From the NCBI GenBank assembly GCA_965223425.1, contig OZ245003.1, positions 1,824,001 through 1,888,000 on the forward strand: a DNA stretch of 64,000 bases, in the 5' to 3' direction. A program made the translations under genes and the position numbers. The notes beneath the pieces were generated by a model that worked only from the letters and a program-made list of their open reading frames with translations, was not told where the DNA came from and searched no databases. Shown in pieces: positions 1-10,566 of this stretch. This stretch comes from Nitrosopumilus sp. GTDB lineage: Archaea > Thermoproteota > Nitrososphaeria > Nitrososphaerales > Nitrosopumilaceae. Every line of letters begins with the position of its first letter. The stretch's first letter is position 1.

Positions 1-3000
1 ATCCTGTAGCGTTGCTGGTTATGACAGGAGAGCTGTCCACCAGATCAGTCGCCGTAGCCGCTCCATAATCGCTTTGTGACAGGACCATAGACGTATCAGT
101 GGCCTCAAACGTGGCATCGCCTGGCGCCGTGATTGCCGGAGGTGTTGTGTCTTGCACGGTGATTGTCTGTGTGCCAGTTGCGATATTTCCTGAAGAGTCA
201 GTTGCAGTCCAGCTAATAATCGTATTACCAAGCGGGAATGTACTTGTAGCGTTATTTGCAACTGTTATGGATTGATCATAGTTATCAGTAACTGTTGCAT
301 TGCCATAGTCATTAGAAGTTAACGGAGTCAATACTCCTGTTGCCTCAAATACCTTGTCGCCGGGAATCGCAAGGACGGGGGCAACGGTGTCCCCAACTGC
401 TACACGTATGGTTTGGGAGTACACCCTGTCAAAGCCGTCACGGTATGCGTGTACGTGGTAGTAAAACGAGTTGCCTGCAGATACATGCGGGTCAGTGTAG
501 GTAAAGGTATCTGCGCTTTCATAAGAAATAAAGTGGAACCGCCACGAATTGGCAGCATCGCTTCGCCTTACGTCAAAGCCTGCTATGGTATCGTCATCGG
601 GGATGTCCCACGTCAGTGTCACCGAGTTTGCAGTGGCGTTGGCACGAAGGTTAAGTGAGATAGGCGGGGCAGGTGCAGACACGCTGACTGTGACGCCAAA
701 GCTGGTGCTGGCAGCGTTTCCCGAATCATCAGTTGCAGTGCAGGTCACAGTAGTGGTGCCGGGGGCAAACACAGATCCCGGTTCTGGCGTGCACGAGACT
801 GCAACGTCCGGATCCACGGTATCTGCAGCTGCTGGCACATCAAAGGTTACGACATGTGCGGTGCCTGGTTCAAACAGTCGGGTGATATCGCCGCGTGCCG
901 GTATCGTGGGGGGAGTTGTGTCCCGTATGGTGACGCTTTGGGTGTCAGTTGCGGTATTTCCTGAATCATCAGTTGCAGTCCAGGTGACTATTGTTATGCC
1001 AAGAGGAAAGGAGGCAGGCGCATCATTGGTTATTGCGGGACTGGGATCCGCGTTGTCAGTGGCAGCTGCGGTTCCCAGCTGGGCTGCAGTTATCGTCGTT
1101 CTTGCACCTGCAGCTTCAAATGCAACGTCAGCTGGCGCCGTGACTATCGGGGGTGTGGTGTCTGGTGGCGGTGGCGGATTTACTCCGCCGCCTCCGCCTC
1201 CACCACCACCAGTTACAGTTACAGTGAATCTTTCAGTGTCGGATTTGCCGTTGGCTGTTGCCTTTACGGTTATTGTGTGGGTTCCAACGTCTGAGCTTGC
1301 AGGATCAATCCTTATCGTCGTGCCAGACATTGTAACAAAGTCAGGAGGGCTCACAAGGGACAGTGCAATGGCATCATTTTCTGCATCAGTTGCAGTGACG
1401 CTTATGTTCCGTACCTGGGTGTGCCTGAGGCTTTGATCTGAAATGGAGGATATTACAGGTGCCGTATCAGGCCTTGGCGCTATTGAGAGGTCATCTACCT
1501 CCACTGTCTCTCTTACAGACGAGGACTTTGCAAGGAGCCTAAAGCTTGCCGTGTCATCTGATATGTCAAGTGTAAGGGATTCATCGACCCAGGCGTCTGT
1601 GTTCTCGTTGTTGTCTTCTGTATATGTGGCCAGGTTGATCCAGTTTGTGCCATCCGTTGAATACTGTATGTACAGACCCTCAGAACGATCAACGCTGTTG
1701 TTTACAAACCGCTTGAAGCTTATCACAAGCGGGCTGCTGGTGTCAAGACTTGAGTTTAGCGTAGCTATGCATTCAGTGCGGCAATTGCTGGAGACTAGCA
1801 CACGGTTGCCGGCATCGGAGTTGGGTATGTTCTCATCTGGGCCACCTCTTGTCCAGTTAGAGTCGCCGGACATTGTCCACAATGACAAGTCATTTTGGAA
1901 GTTATCCGTAAATGAGGTGATGACATCGGGGGAAGTGGTCGGTGGCGTGGTTGGAGGCGGTATTGTTGGAGGCGGTATTGTTGGAGGTGGCGTGGTTTCA
2001 AAAGGATATTTATCAATCGGATGGGTGCTGGCAATTGCATATGGCTCGTTGAGTTTGGTTATTGTAGAGCCATCTGAGCTTACGATTATATTGTAATAAC
2101 CCGTTTGCGGGGCGTCAAATACGACAAATTCATTGGTCTGATGTTCTGAGTCACTTGTCTTCTTGGTGCCGTCAGGAAAAGTCACAGATAGATTGTAATC
2201 GTGGTACTGGTCGTTTGGTGCAACATGTGGACTATTAAACGGCTGCTGTGGATCCAATATGGTGCCGCGTGGGTGAACCAGCCATGACATTATTACCTTT
2301 ACTCTGTCATCTTGTTGCGCGTATATCCTGTATTGTTGATCTGGAAAGTCGTTTGTGCTCTGGTCTGATATGATATTTGGATGTGTGTTGTCAGCAGCAT
2401 ATTCTAGCGACTTTGCCGTATCGAGTATGCCGAATCCCACGTTGTTGATTATTCCAAGTCCCGTTGGCCCGTTTGCAAAGTTCTGATTTGTCGGCTTGTA
2501 GTCATGTGAACATAGTCGATTTGCTCCACCGAGTTCATATTCGGAGGCTGTGCATGGCACGGGACCGGTCCAGTTTGCGCCAACCAATAGGGCAGCCTTT
2601 ACCTCGATTGGCGTCCAATCCGTCCTTAGCTGCAACAGCATGGCTGCAGTAGCAGACACCTGAGGTGCGGCATAACTAGTTCCATTACGCGGATCGGTAG
2701 TACTGTTGGCAATAAAGCTAAGGGTTTGAATGTTAGTTGCCGGTGCCACTATTTCGGGCTTTAGTATAACGGTTCCACCAGCAGGACCCCTACTAGAACT
2801 ATCATACATGCTGATTGATCCTGGACCACGATCGTTGATGCCGCCTACGGAGATCACATTGCTTCCGCATCCAGGATTAGTTATGGACTCGTAAGTTACG
2901 GCACCATTTATTGAGCCTTCATTTCCTGCTGATTTGACTGCAACCATGTTCTTGTCAACAGATTCGTTTACTATGAGATCAAGAGATGTGGTGTGATCAA

Positions 3001-3485
3001 TATTCTGATGGCACCAAGCATCCAGGGTTGAACCAAGTATCCGAAAACTCATGTTTACGACATCTGCATTGTTTCTAAGGGCATAATCAAGTCCATGCGC
3101 TATGCCACTTGCACCTTCACCAAACCGAATATCCAAAATGTGCACTCCGGGGGCAATGCCGTTGTGTTCTGGAAGTCCGGATGCTGCAAGAACCTGTGCT
3201 ACTTGTGTGCCATGGGACGTGATAATGTGATATGGGTTTTTTAAACCAGGTATATTTGAGGGATTAGTAGAGTTGCATCCCATGCTATCACACAAAACAT
3301 GTGCGAGGATTCTGCCACTAAATGCGGTGTTGTGTCTAATGCCAGTGTCTATGACTCCGACTATTATTCCCAAACCATCAAGATTTCTTCCTGTGGCTGT
3401 ACGTATTTCGTCGGCAGTAGCATGTATTGTCTGACGCGCAGTGTCTACCTCCGACACCGCCAGAAGCTCGCCATCACCTAGGCGG
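1..3485 (-). pseudogene. 3' part of large secreted subtilisin-like (S8) protease with Pro/Thr linker, beta-sandwich/Ig-like and HYR-like repeats; cut off from its 5' end by an IS5; runs off the window
   Basis: Manual minus-strand translation gives VIDTG, SHGTQVA, SAGNEG and NGTSYAAPQVS (D/H/N/S catalytic motifs), then PPTIPPPTIPPPTTPP and DTTPP...VTWTATDDSGN repeats. Confidence 0.88.
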
Positions 3486-4559
3486 GGGGTTGTCGCCAAA
3501 TTCGACCAAATGATCTAATTTTGTGATTTTTCACGCATATTGATCAGGGAGGATGTGAGTTCTCTAATGATCTGTCATAAGAGACGTGATCAGTACTGGA
3601 AGTACTATCACGATGCCCACACCCGAGAACTGGATTTTCTCACGTCCCATATAGTTTCTTTGATTGTGAAAAATCCGTGTCCCGTACATGCCAGAAGGTC
3701 TGGTGCGGGGCGCAAACCGGTACATGACAAAAACAAGCTTGCATTTCTCTGCATACTCACGGTGTGCCTTGACTTTACATTCAGGGACATGGAGAATCTT
3801 GCAGCCCTGCTGAGGATGCCGTGGAACGAACCCCTGCCGGATCACAGCACCATTGCCAGGTTCATGCAAAAGATTCCTGTTGCGTGGCTTGAGGACATGA
3901 TTGCCGTCACGGCAGCATCGTGCCTTGCAGGATTTGACGTCTCTGATCTCACGCTGGCATCAGACAGCAGCGGCGTTGCCACTGACAGGTATGAAAGGGT
4001 GCAAAAAAAGGCCAGAAACAGGCACAAACCGGAGGCAAAGCGTCAAAAGAAGTATCTGAAATGGCACGTGGCCTCGGTACTGGGCCTGCAGGTCATACTC
4101 TCCTGCCGCATCACATCCAACAGGATGGCAGACACTACAGTCTTTGCCTCGCTGCTAAAGAAGATCAAAAAGACAGGCATTGCCTTTGCAGGCAGGTTCA
4201 ACGCAGACAGGGGGTATGATTCGGATAGGAACTGCAGGCTTGTCTTTGGTGCCGGCATGACCCCGAACATAAAGCAGAGGGGCAATGCCGTGAACAGAAC
4301 AAAAAAGTTCAGGAAAAAGGCCGCAGGGCTGTTTGACGGGGAGATCTACAAAAAACGAGGCATGATAGAGGGAATATTTGGAGCAGAGGAGACAGAGGGC
4401 CACAGGTTGCTGTGCAGGTTCAGAAAGACATCCACAAGAAGGCGGTTTGGACTGTGCAAGACAATAGGATGGAACTTGGAAGTGTTAAACCGTCTAGAGT
4501 GCGCCGCAAGGCGAAATATTCAGGTGGTGGCAGCTTGATGTGAATTTGGCGACAACCCC
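3486..4559 (+). mobile_element. Complete IS5-family (DDE_Tnp_1-like) element
   Basis: Perfect 18-bp TIR GGGGTTGTCGCCAAATTC; 9-bp TSD CCTAGGCGG at 3477-3485 and 4560-4568. Confidence 0.92.
3540..4538 (+). CDS. IS5-family transposase, apparently intact
   Basis: PDHSTIARF, ASDSSG, ADRGYDS, YKKRGMIEGIFG motifs. Confidence 0.88.
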   Translation: MIREDVSSLMICHKRRDQYWKYYHDAHTRELDFLTSHIVSLIVKNPCPVHARRSGAGRKPVHDKNKLAFLCILTVCLDFTFRDMENLAALLRMPWNEPLPDHSTIARFMQKIPVAWLEDMIAVTAASCLAGFDVSDLTLASDSSGVATDRYERVQKKARNRHKPEAKRQKKYLKWHVASVLGLQVILSCRITSNRMADTTVFASLLKKIKKTGIAFAGRFNADRGYDSDRNCRLVFGAGMTPNIKQRGNAVNRTKKFRKKAAGLFDGEIYKKRGMIEGIFGAEETEGHRLLCRFRKTSTRRRFGLCKTIGWNLEVLNRLECAARRNIQVVAA

Positions 4560-5026
4560 CCTAGGCGGTACATCTCATCGTGGAGAGATAATCCAGGGAT
4601 CTCTTCTACAGGTATGGAGGCCGTTACAAATGAAAGGGATTGAGCAGACACTATGTTACGCGCCCCCACAAGCTCCAGCATCTTTACAACGGCATCCTTG
4701 TTTTTGCCTGCAACCTCATCGCTACCGATTCCGTCTCCTTCATCCCTGACTACCACTATTATGGTGTTGTAGTAACGCGTATCATTGTGTATGCTGACAT
4801 GGCCAACTTGTGGATCCTTTTGTATAAGACCCTGAATCTTTTGGTAGAATCCATGGTCAAACTTGGATTCTATTGCTACCCCAACAGGACCTGGCGGCGT
4901 AGTTGGGATAATGTCTCCAGGTATATCGGAGTTTTGGTCGCCATCATTTGTGGTCTGAGCTGATGCCATACCTAATGAGACGACCATCAATACCAGAATC
5001 ACCGGAATTAAGAGATTATAGACCAA
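4560..5026 (-). pseudogene. 5' part (signal peptide and propeptide) of the IS5-interrupted S8 protease
   Basis: Signal peptide MVYNLLIPVILVLMVVSLGMASA; removing the IS and one TSD gives in-frame HDEMYRLG|DGELLAVSEVD. Confidence 0.88.
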
Positions 5027-5209
5027 TGATCACGTATTTCACATTAGAATAAAATGTTGTCGAATGACGTATAATCTCCATATTCTAACTTCAGGCACAG
5101 AATGCTTGGTTTTTTGATTCTGTTTGGGCACAGACAGCATGTGACAAAATCAAGAAAGTTGATCAGACCACTTTATGTAAAACCGCAGTCAGTCTTGACT
5201 ACTGCCAAG

Positions 5210-6601
5210 TTATGCTGTGGGATCAGACACACGCCCCATGAACAAAATAGCGCCGCTCTCGTCGTCCTGTATGGCAAATATGAAGGGATGGTCTGCGATA
5301 AATCTTGGCAGAGGGGGCGATAATGACTCAGAAAGTACTATGATTGTCACGGCTGCGGCCTCTGTTCCCTCCTCGTTTACGTTGACGTAGGCGTCTTGGG
5401 TGGCCTTTGAGACAAACAGAGAACTATTTGAGATTCCTGAGAGGTCTGCATCATTACTGAATGCGTCAGTGATTCCAAGTTTTTTCAAGGGTTTCTTGAG
5501 ATCATAATTTGTTTTCATCTCAAATTTTGGAAATGAGACGACAACTTCGGCATCTGAGACTTTTTGCTGCCATTCTTCGAGCAGCTCTGCTGAAAGCGAT
5601 TCCTGCAGCTTTGCGATGCCGTCACGCTCAGATGGCAAAACGACTAGCATTGACAGCCTGTCACCCTTGTAGGGCATCCTGAGCAGCTGCACTCCGTCAC
5701 TCTCCGCATAGCCAAACGTACTCTGGATGTTCATAAAGTCGGTCTTGACTTTGTTTGTACCGTTCCAGAACTCGGACTCGTGGGTGTCCTCCTCTGAAAA
5801 CTGCGTCACCCACGTTCCCTTAAAGTATATGGCGTTGGCTATCACAAGCACAGCATTCTTCACAGTACTCAGTAATACAACTTCCGTTATCTTCTCGCGC
5901 GTCTTTTCGCTGGCCCATCCGTTTATGCGTTTTACAGTCTCTGGTCCAAAATCGCCGCGCTCTATGTCTGCACGGTAGATATTGCGCACGACATCTACGT
6001 ATGACTCGTGCAGCTTGAACGAATCTCTGAGCCACAGCGAGTTTGCCATCTCAAGTGTGGCATACGGGTCGTAGCGGTTCAGCGACGACATCGTATCTGA
6101 TACTGCCTCGTGCCTTGCCGCCTCGTCCTCGTCTAGCCCGAACACGTCACGGATCTGCTGTGCCGTATTCCCCTTTGCCCCCTCGTACAGCACGGAGAAC
6201 GCTACGCTCATGCTGGAGGAAGAGAAGAACAGGTTTGGCTCCTCATCTTGAACCTGCCGATAAAAGTCCACCGCAAATGCGTTGTTGGCAGCTGCCACCG
6301 TCTGTGGGATCGGCATGGGCTGGGGCGGAGAAACGACTACCTCAAATCCCCTCTGCTGTAGCGGCTCAACAGATGTGGGAAAGACGCAAGCGGATCGCTG
6401 TGATGGCGACTGCATCAGGATCATATCATCTGAGCACACCCTTGCGTTAACTGCGGGCATGCCGTCTTCCATCATGTGAGCATACTGTTTTGCACCCTTT
6501 GCCTCTGTAGCTGTTGTTTCCTGAGCATGGGATTCAAGTGCAAATCCAAAAGAGAACGCAAAAAATATCAAAAACAAGGACAACGTCACAGGATTATTCA
6601 T
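5210..6601 (-). CDS. Secreted serpin (serine protease inhibitor)
   Basis: Signal peptide; NNAFAVDFY, NAIYFKGTW, hinge EEGTEAAAVT, FIADHPFIFAI. Confidence 0.95.
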   Translation of the reverse strand: MNNPVTLSLFLIFFAFSFGFALESHAQETTATEAKGAKQYAHMMEDGMPAVNARVCSDDMILMQSPSQRSACVFPTSVEPLQQRGFEVVVSPPQPMPIPQTVAAANNAFAVDFYRQVQDEEPNLFFSSSSMSVAFSVLYEGAKGNTAQQIRDVFGLDEDEAARHEAVSDTMSSLNRYDPYATLEMANSLWLRDSFKLHESYVDVVRNIYRADIERGDFGPETVKRINGWASEKTREKITEVVLLSTVKNAVLVIANAIYFKGTWVTQFSEEDTHESEFWNGTNKVKTDFMNIQSTFGYAESDGVQLLRMPYKGDRLSMLVVLPSERDGIAKLQESLSAELLEEWQQKVSDAEVVVSFPKFEMKTNYDLKKPLKKLGITDAFSNDADLSGISNSSLFVSKATQDAYVNVNEEGTEAAAVTIIVLSESLSPPLPRFIADHPFIFAIQDDESGAILFMGRVSDPTA

Positions 6602-6645
6602 CAGGCATGTTGCGTGGTGGTATTATATGAGTATCGCTATTCTTT

Positions 6646-6804
6646 CAGCTAAGCGAAATCTGCTCTAATTCAGGCCAAATCGGCTACAAAATGCAAACAG
6701 ATCAATGAGGGTACGACCACATGATTTTTGTTGCTTAGACAAAAAACCAGACAGAGCCGCGAACTGTTAAACAACCCACGCATATATGAAGATGTTGCAG
6801 ACGG
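6646..6804 (+). mobile_element. Isolated left end of the ISH3-like element also present at 30828
   Basis: Begins CAGCTAAGCGAAATCTGCTCTAATTC; near-identical to 30828-30986. Confidence 0.85.
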
Positions 6805-6874
6805 GTTCTGTGAAGTTATCGTGATATGGATGTGGATCTTCTCTGATTTGATATTTCATACATACCCAAACAAT

Positions 6875-8289
6875 TCATTTTGACATATATCCACATTTTT
6901 TATTCTCATGCCTCAAGCCAGACAATGTGAAACGATTACTCTTGAGTTTGTTACACGGTGAGCATAATAATATCCTATTTGAAATATGATTGATTCCCCC
7001 ATCAGACCGGGGCGTATTATGGTCCAGTTCCAGATATCTTGGATCATCGAACAGGCGATTGCAGCCTTGACATTTACAGCCCTTCTGTTCTAACAGATAT
7101 GTTACCATTTCGGCTCTGCTCATCTTTTTGTCCTGCGGTTCCAGTATGCATTTCTTTGTCTTTAGAAACGGGGATGCGGTTTGGCCGTCATCTGTGCGTT
7201 TTGGGAGTTCTTTGGTGAAAATAAGATTTTCTTCAAACATCCGCATCTGTCTGGTTTTCTTCTGGTCATGTCCACCTATTGCAATCAATCCCTCTTTTTT
7301 CAGCCTGTCTATAACTACCTCATGCGCCTTGTCCCAAATATCAATTCCAACCCATTGGCGGTTTAGTCGTTCTGCTGCTACACATGTAGTAGCACATCCT
7401 GCAAACGGATCCAATACAATATCGTCCTCGTTTGATGATGCCTTGATTACTCTTTCGTATAGTGCAAGCGGTTTTTGTGTTGGATAGCCCATTCTTTCGG
7501 AGCTGGTACTTACTATCATAGGAATGTTCCATACACTGTCAATGGCCTTTCCCTTTTTGATTATGTCATTGATGTATTGTTTTTTTATGGGATAGCCCTT
7601 AGATACAGAACGATTATCCAGGATGTATTCCATGCCGTCTTGATCCTTGAGAATCTTTCTGGCACGTACTCTGGATATGTCTTCTTTTGTCCATTGTGTT
7701 GTAATTTGATTGATAATGTGCTGGTTGGATTTTGCGTAAAATAGTATGATGTCATGTTTAGAATTAAATTTGTATTTATTATGCATTGTTCTTTGTCCGT
7801 AATGCCAGACTATTTCATTTCTAAAATTCGATGGTCCAAAAACCGCATCCATCAACTCCTTCAAATAATGACTTGCGGTAGGATCGCAGTGCAGGTATAT
7901 CGAACCGGTATCCTTTAGAACGCGTCTCATGGCCAACAATCTTACTGCCATAAAGCACAGAAACGCACCCATATCATCACCGTAGCTTGAACGTGAGCCT
8001 TCAATGACATTCATAACGTTTGGATGGTCATCTGTAATCTGATCCACCCAATCCTGATGGACATCTTTTTCCCATGACCATCTGTCCTGGAATGAGGCGC
8101 CTTTTGCCAGACTGTCCGGAGTTGCATGGAAATCACGACCCTTGTTGAACGGGGGATCGGTTGCAATCAGATCAACGGTATCTGAGTTCATTGCACGAAG
8201 GAAATCTAAGTTATCCCCGTGAAATAAAGTACGGTTTGTCCAATTTGCTTGTGACCGCCCCCCCCCCCAATTGAGTTATGTGAGATCAT
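6875..8289 (-). CDS. N4/N6 (beta-class) DNA methyltransferase fused to C-terminal HNH endonuclease; 5' end frameshifted at G11 (in-frame ORF 6875-8191)
   Basis: DPPF before DPFAGCATT; C-terminal CQGC...ELDHNTPRSDGG...NRILLCSPCNKLK; NRTLFHGDNLDFLRA lies upstream of the called ATG. Confidence 0.88.
8258..8268 (-). repeat. G11 homopolymer in the 5' coding region of MTase-HNH
   Basis: 11 C on the + strand. Confidence 0.9.
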
Positions 8290-8290
8290 C

Positions 8291-8473
8291 TTAGGCAGAT
8301 CCTACAACTTCTATTTTTTTGCCCCTTATTACAAATTCAATGTGATCAGGATTATGTAACACTTCTAAAACTTTAGGCGGAATTCTGCAAAGTTTGCTAA
8401 ACTTGCTAGTAGTGCTTACAGCCACTCTGAAATTTGTCTCGTCTTTTTTCCAACGTGTCATAATGTATTCCAA
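8291..8473 (-). CDS. Small putative AbrB/MazE-like DNA-binding protein
   Basis: CRIPPKVLEVLHNPDHIEFVIRGKKIEV resembles a swapped-hairpin pattern; stop lies 1 nt before the MTase ATG. Confidence 0.55.
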   Translation of the reverse strand: MEYIMTRWKKDETNFRVAVSTTSKFSKLCRIPPKVLEVLHNPDHIEFVIRGKKIEVVGSA

Positions 8474-8487
8474 AACCTTGATTATAT

Positions 8488-8531
8488 TAAGGGTACGTTT
8501 ACCAGTAACTATTAAATAAGGGTACTCTTAT
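8488..8531. promoter_or_regulatory. Candidate operator
   Basis: TAAGGGTAC at 8488 and 8517; imperfect palindrome ATAAGGGTACTCTTAT at 8516-8531. Confidence 0.35.
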
Positions 8532-8670
8532 CTAAATAGCAATGAATCAAGTAAAAATGAGGGCGATGATGAGTTCCATTCATTCTGATTCCCATGAAGA
8601 GTCAAGAGAGTCTGAGCCCCCATCATCATTTTTCTATTTACAAGACACTTTATTAATTTTTGAGGTGCCG

Positions 8671-9801
8671 TAGTGAATTGGATTAACAATCGCTCACAAA
8701 ACAGACAACATTATTCAACCACAAGATCTAGATCCCAGTGTATGGCAGAATCCGCATGAAATACAACAATTCTGCAATACCGGCAGACAAAAGATTCCTG
8801 TCCGGCGTCTCCAGTGCGCGCCTGCGCAGCATGCAAAAAAAGGAGACAGATCCCAGGGCCGCAGCAAGGCTGCTGGCATATGCCATGCGCAAGGAGGGCA
8901 TGTCCATACGCCAGATATGCAGGGCCCTCAACAGGTCATACTCTACAGTACGGGACTGGCTTGTGCGCGCCGCACAGCTTGGCACCTGCGGCAGGTACGA
9001 CATCAAAAACAAAGGCGCGCCAAACAAGCTCGATCCGGAACAGACAAAGCAGCTGCGCGCAGACCTGCTGGCAGGCCCGCGCAGTTGCGGGTTCGAGTCC
9101 GGAGTGTGGACGGCACCGCTGCCGGCCGCACACATCAGAAAAAAGTTCGGCGTGCAGTATGCCACTGTCAGCATATATGACATACTGCACAGGATGGGCT
9201 TTTCGTGCAGAAAGCCGCGTCCAAAGCACCCAAGTCAGCCTCAGAATCAGAGAAAAAAGAGTTTAAAAAAAAAGCAGGGGAGGTAATCCGGAGCCATCCA
9301 GACCATACGGTGGTTACAGTTGATGAGGCCTCCTTTATCATTGGGTGGAATACCAAGAACGGGTGGTACCTCAAGGGCAGGCCCGTCACCACTCCAGTCA
9401 GCCTGTCGCGCAAAAGGTTCTACTCGTTTGGGGCGCTGTACGACGGCGGCTTTGACTGCAGGTTCTATGCCAAGGCCGACAGCTACGGCTTTGTGGACAT
9501 GCTCGGACACCTGCATCTCAAGCACGGCAAGATCATCGTCTTTCTTGATAACGCATCATACCACAAGTCAAAGATGGTCAATGATTTTGTCGACTCGTAT
9601 GACGGCGACATAGTCCTTGTTTACTTGCCCGTGTACACCCCGGAGCTGAATACCACGGAGGGGCAGTGGAGGCTGTTAAGAAGGGCCACTGCAAACGTGA
9701 TGTATGAAAGCACAAAGGTGATGAAGGAATCCATATGGACAATGCTGGATAGACGTGAGGTCAAGATAACAAGAATGAGCGGTTATTTATCCTAGTCACT
9801 A
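8671..9801 (+). mobile_element. IS630-family element; transposase split into two frames (8738-9286, 9205-9795)
   Basis: Imperfect 26-bp TIR TAGTGAATTGGATTAACAATCGCTCA / TAGTGACTAGGATAAATAACCGCTCA; VDEA, DNASYH, TPELN motifs; second ORF is -1, with an A9 run at 9265-9273. Confidence 0.9.
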
Positions 9802-10008
9802 CGTGCAATCCTGAATTGTCTTTGGGACGTCATCTGTAGTTTCAACATAACAAATGCCATTGTCATTAGTTAAGATCACCACTTCTTCAAACACATCCTC
9901 ACGAATTAAATGCCAAAATGGAAAAACAATTGTCGACAAAACTACCCCTGCAGCAATAAAAGCACCTACAAAAACCAAACTAGTTTTTTGGCTTGAACCA
10001 AATTCCAT
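9799..10008 (-). pseudogene. Small membrane protein cut at its 3' end by IS630
   Basis: MEFGSSQK plus one TM helix; stop codon is supplied by the IS end. Confidence 0.6.
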
Positions 10009-10009
10009 T

Positions 10010-10177
10010 TTACCAGGTTCCGCCATCACCTGCATTGGGATCTAATTTTTTTGCAGGTACGTTGCCATGTGCTTTTTTCATATGTTTTTTTAAACGCTCA
10101 GGATCATGTAATTCAGTTCCACAGGCGTCACATTTTGTTTTGTCGTCCTTGTCTTTGTTGCGTTTGAACAAGCCCAT
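10010..10177 (-). CDS. 55-aa C2H2 zinc-finger protein (absent from ORF track)
   Basis: MGLFKRNKDKDDKTKCDACGTELHDPERLKKHMKKAHG...GGTW. Confidence 0.75.
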   Translation of the reverse strand: MGLFKRNKDKDDKTKCDACGTELHDPERLKKHMKKAHGNVPAKKLDPNAGDGGTW

Positions 10178-10566
10178 AATTTTGTAAAAATTGGAAATAC
10201 ATTAAAAATGATACGGAATATGCTTTTTAATAGTAAGGAATTACAGGTGTTTTTTGATTTTGTATGCTATCCCTTAATTTGTTCGCATAATGTAAAATTA
10301 CGACAAGAAAGCGCATACTAACAAATATGATAGTGCCGATGGGCAACAAACCGTCTTCTGGAGTAAGCAAAGATTCAAAAAAACTCAGAATATCATAAGA
10401 TCAGACAAAGCCGCCGAACTCACGCTTGCAATATTATAGATGCAAAACAAATTGACCAAAAATGTTTCATGGCAATCAAAGAAAAAACAGTAACTCAACC
10501 ACGAGGTTGTTTGGGAACCAACACGCGTCAAATACATTATAAAGGATACGCAGTTTTTGAAAACTT

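Noticed and set aside
549-2096. Long + strand ORFs (295 and 217 aa)
   Set aside because: Antisense shadows of the minus-strand S8 gene
8542-8673. 43-codon ORF and weak inverted repeat divergent from the AbrB-like gene
   Set aside because: No recognisable motif; pairing is poor
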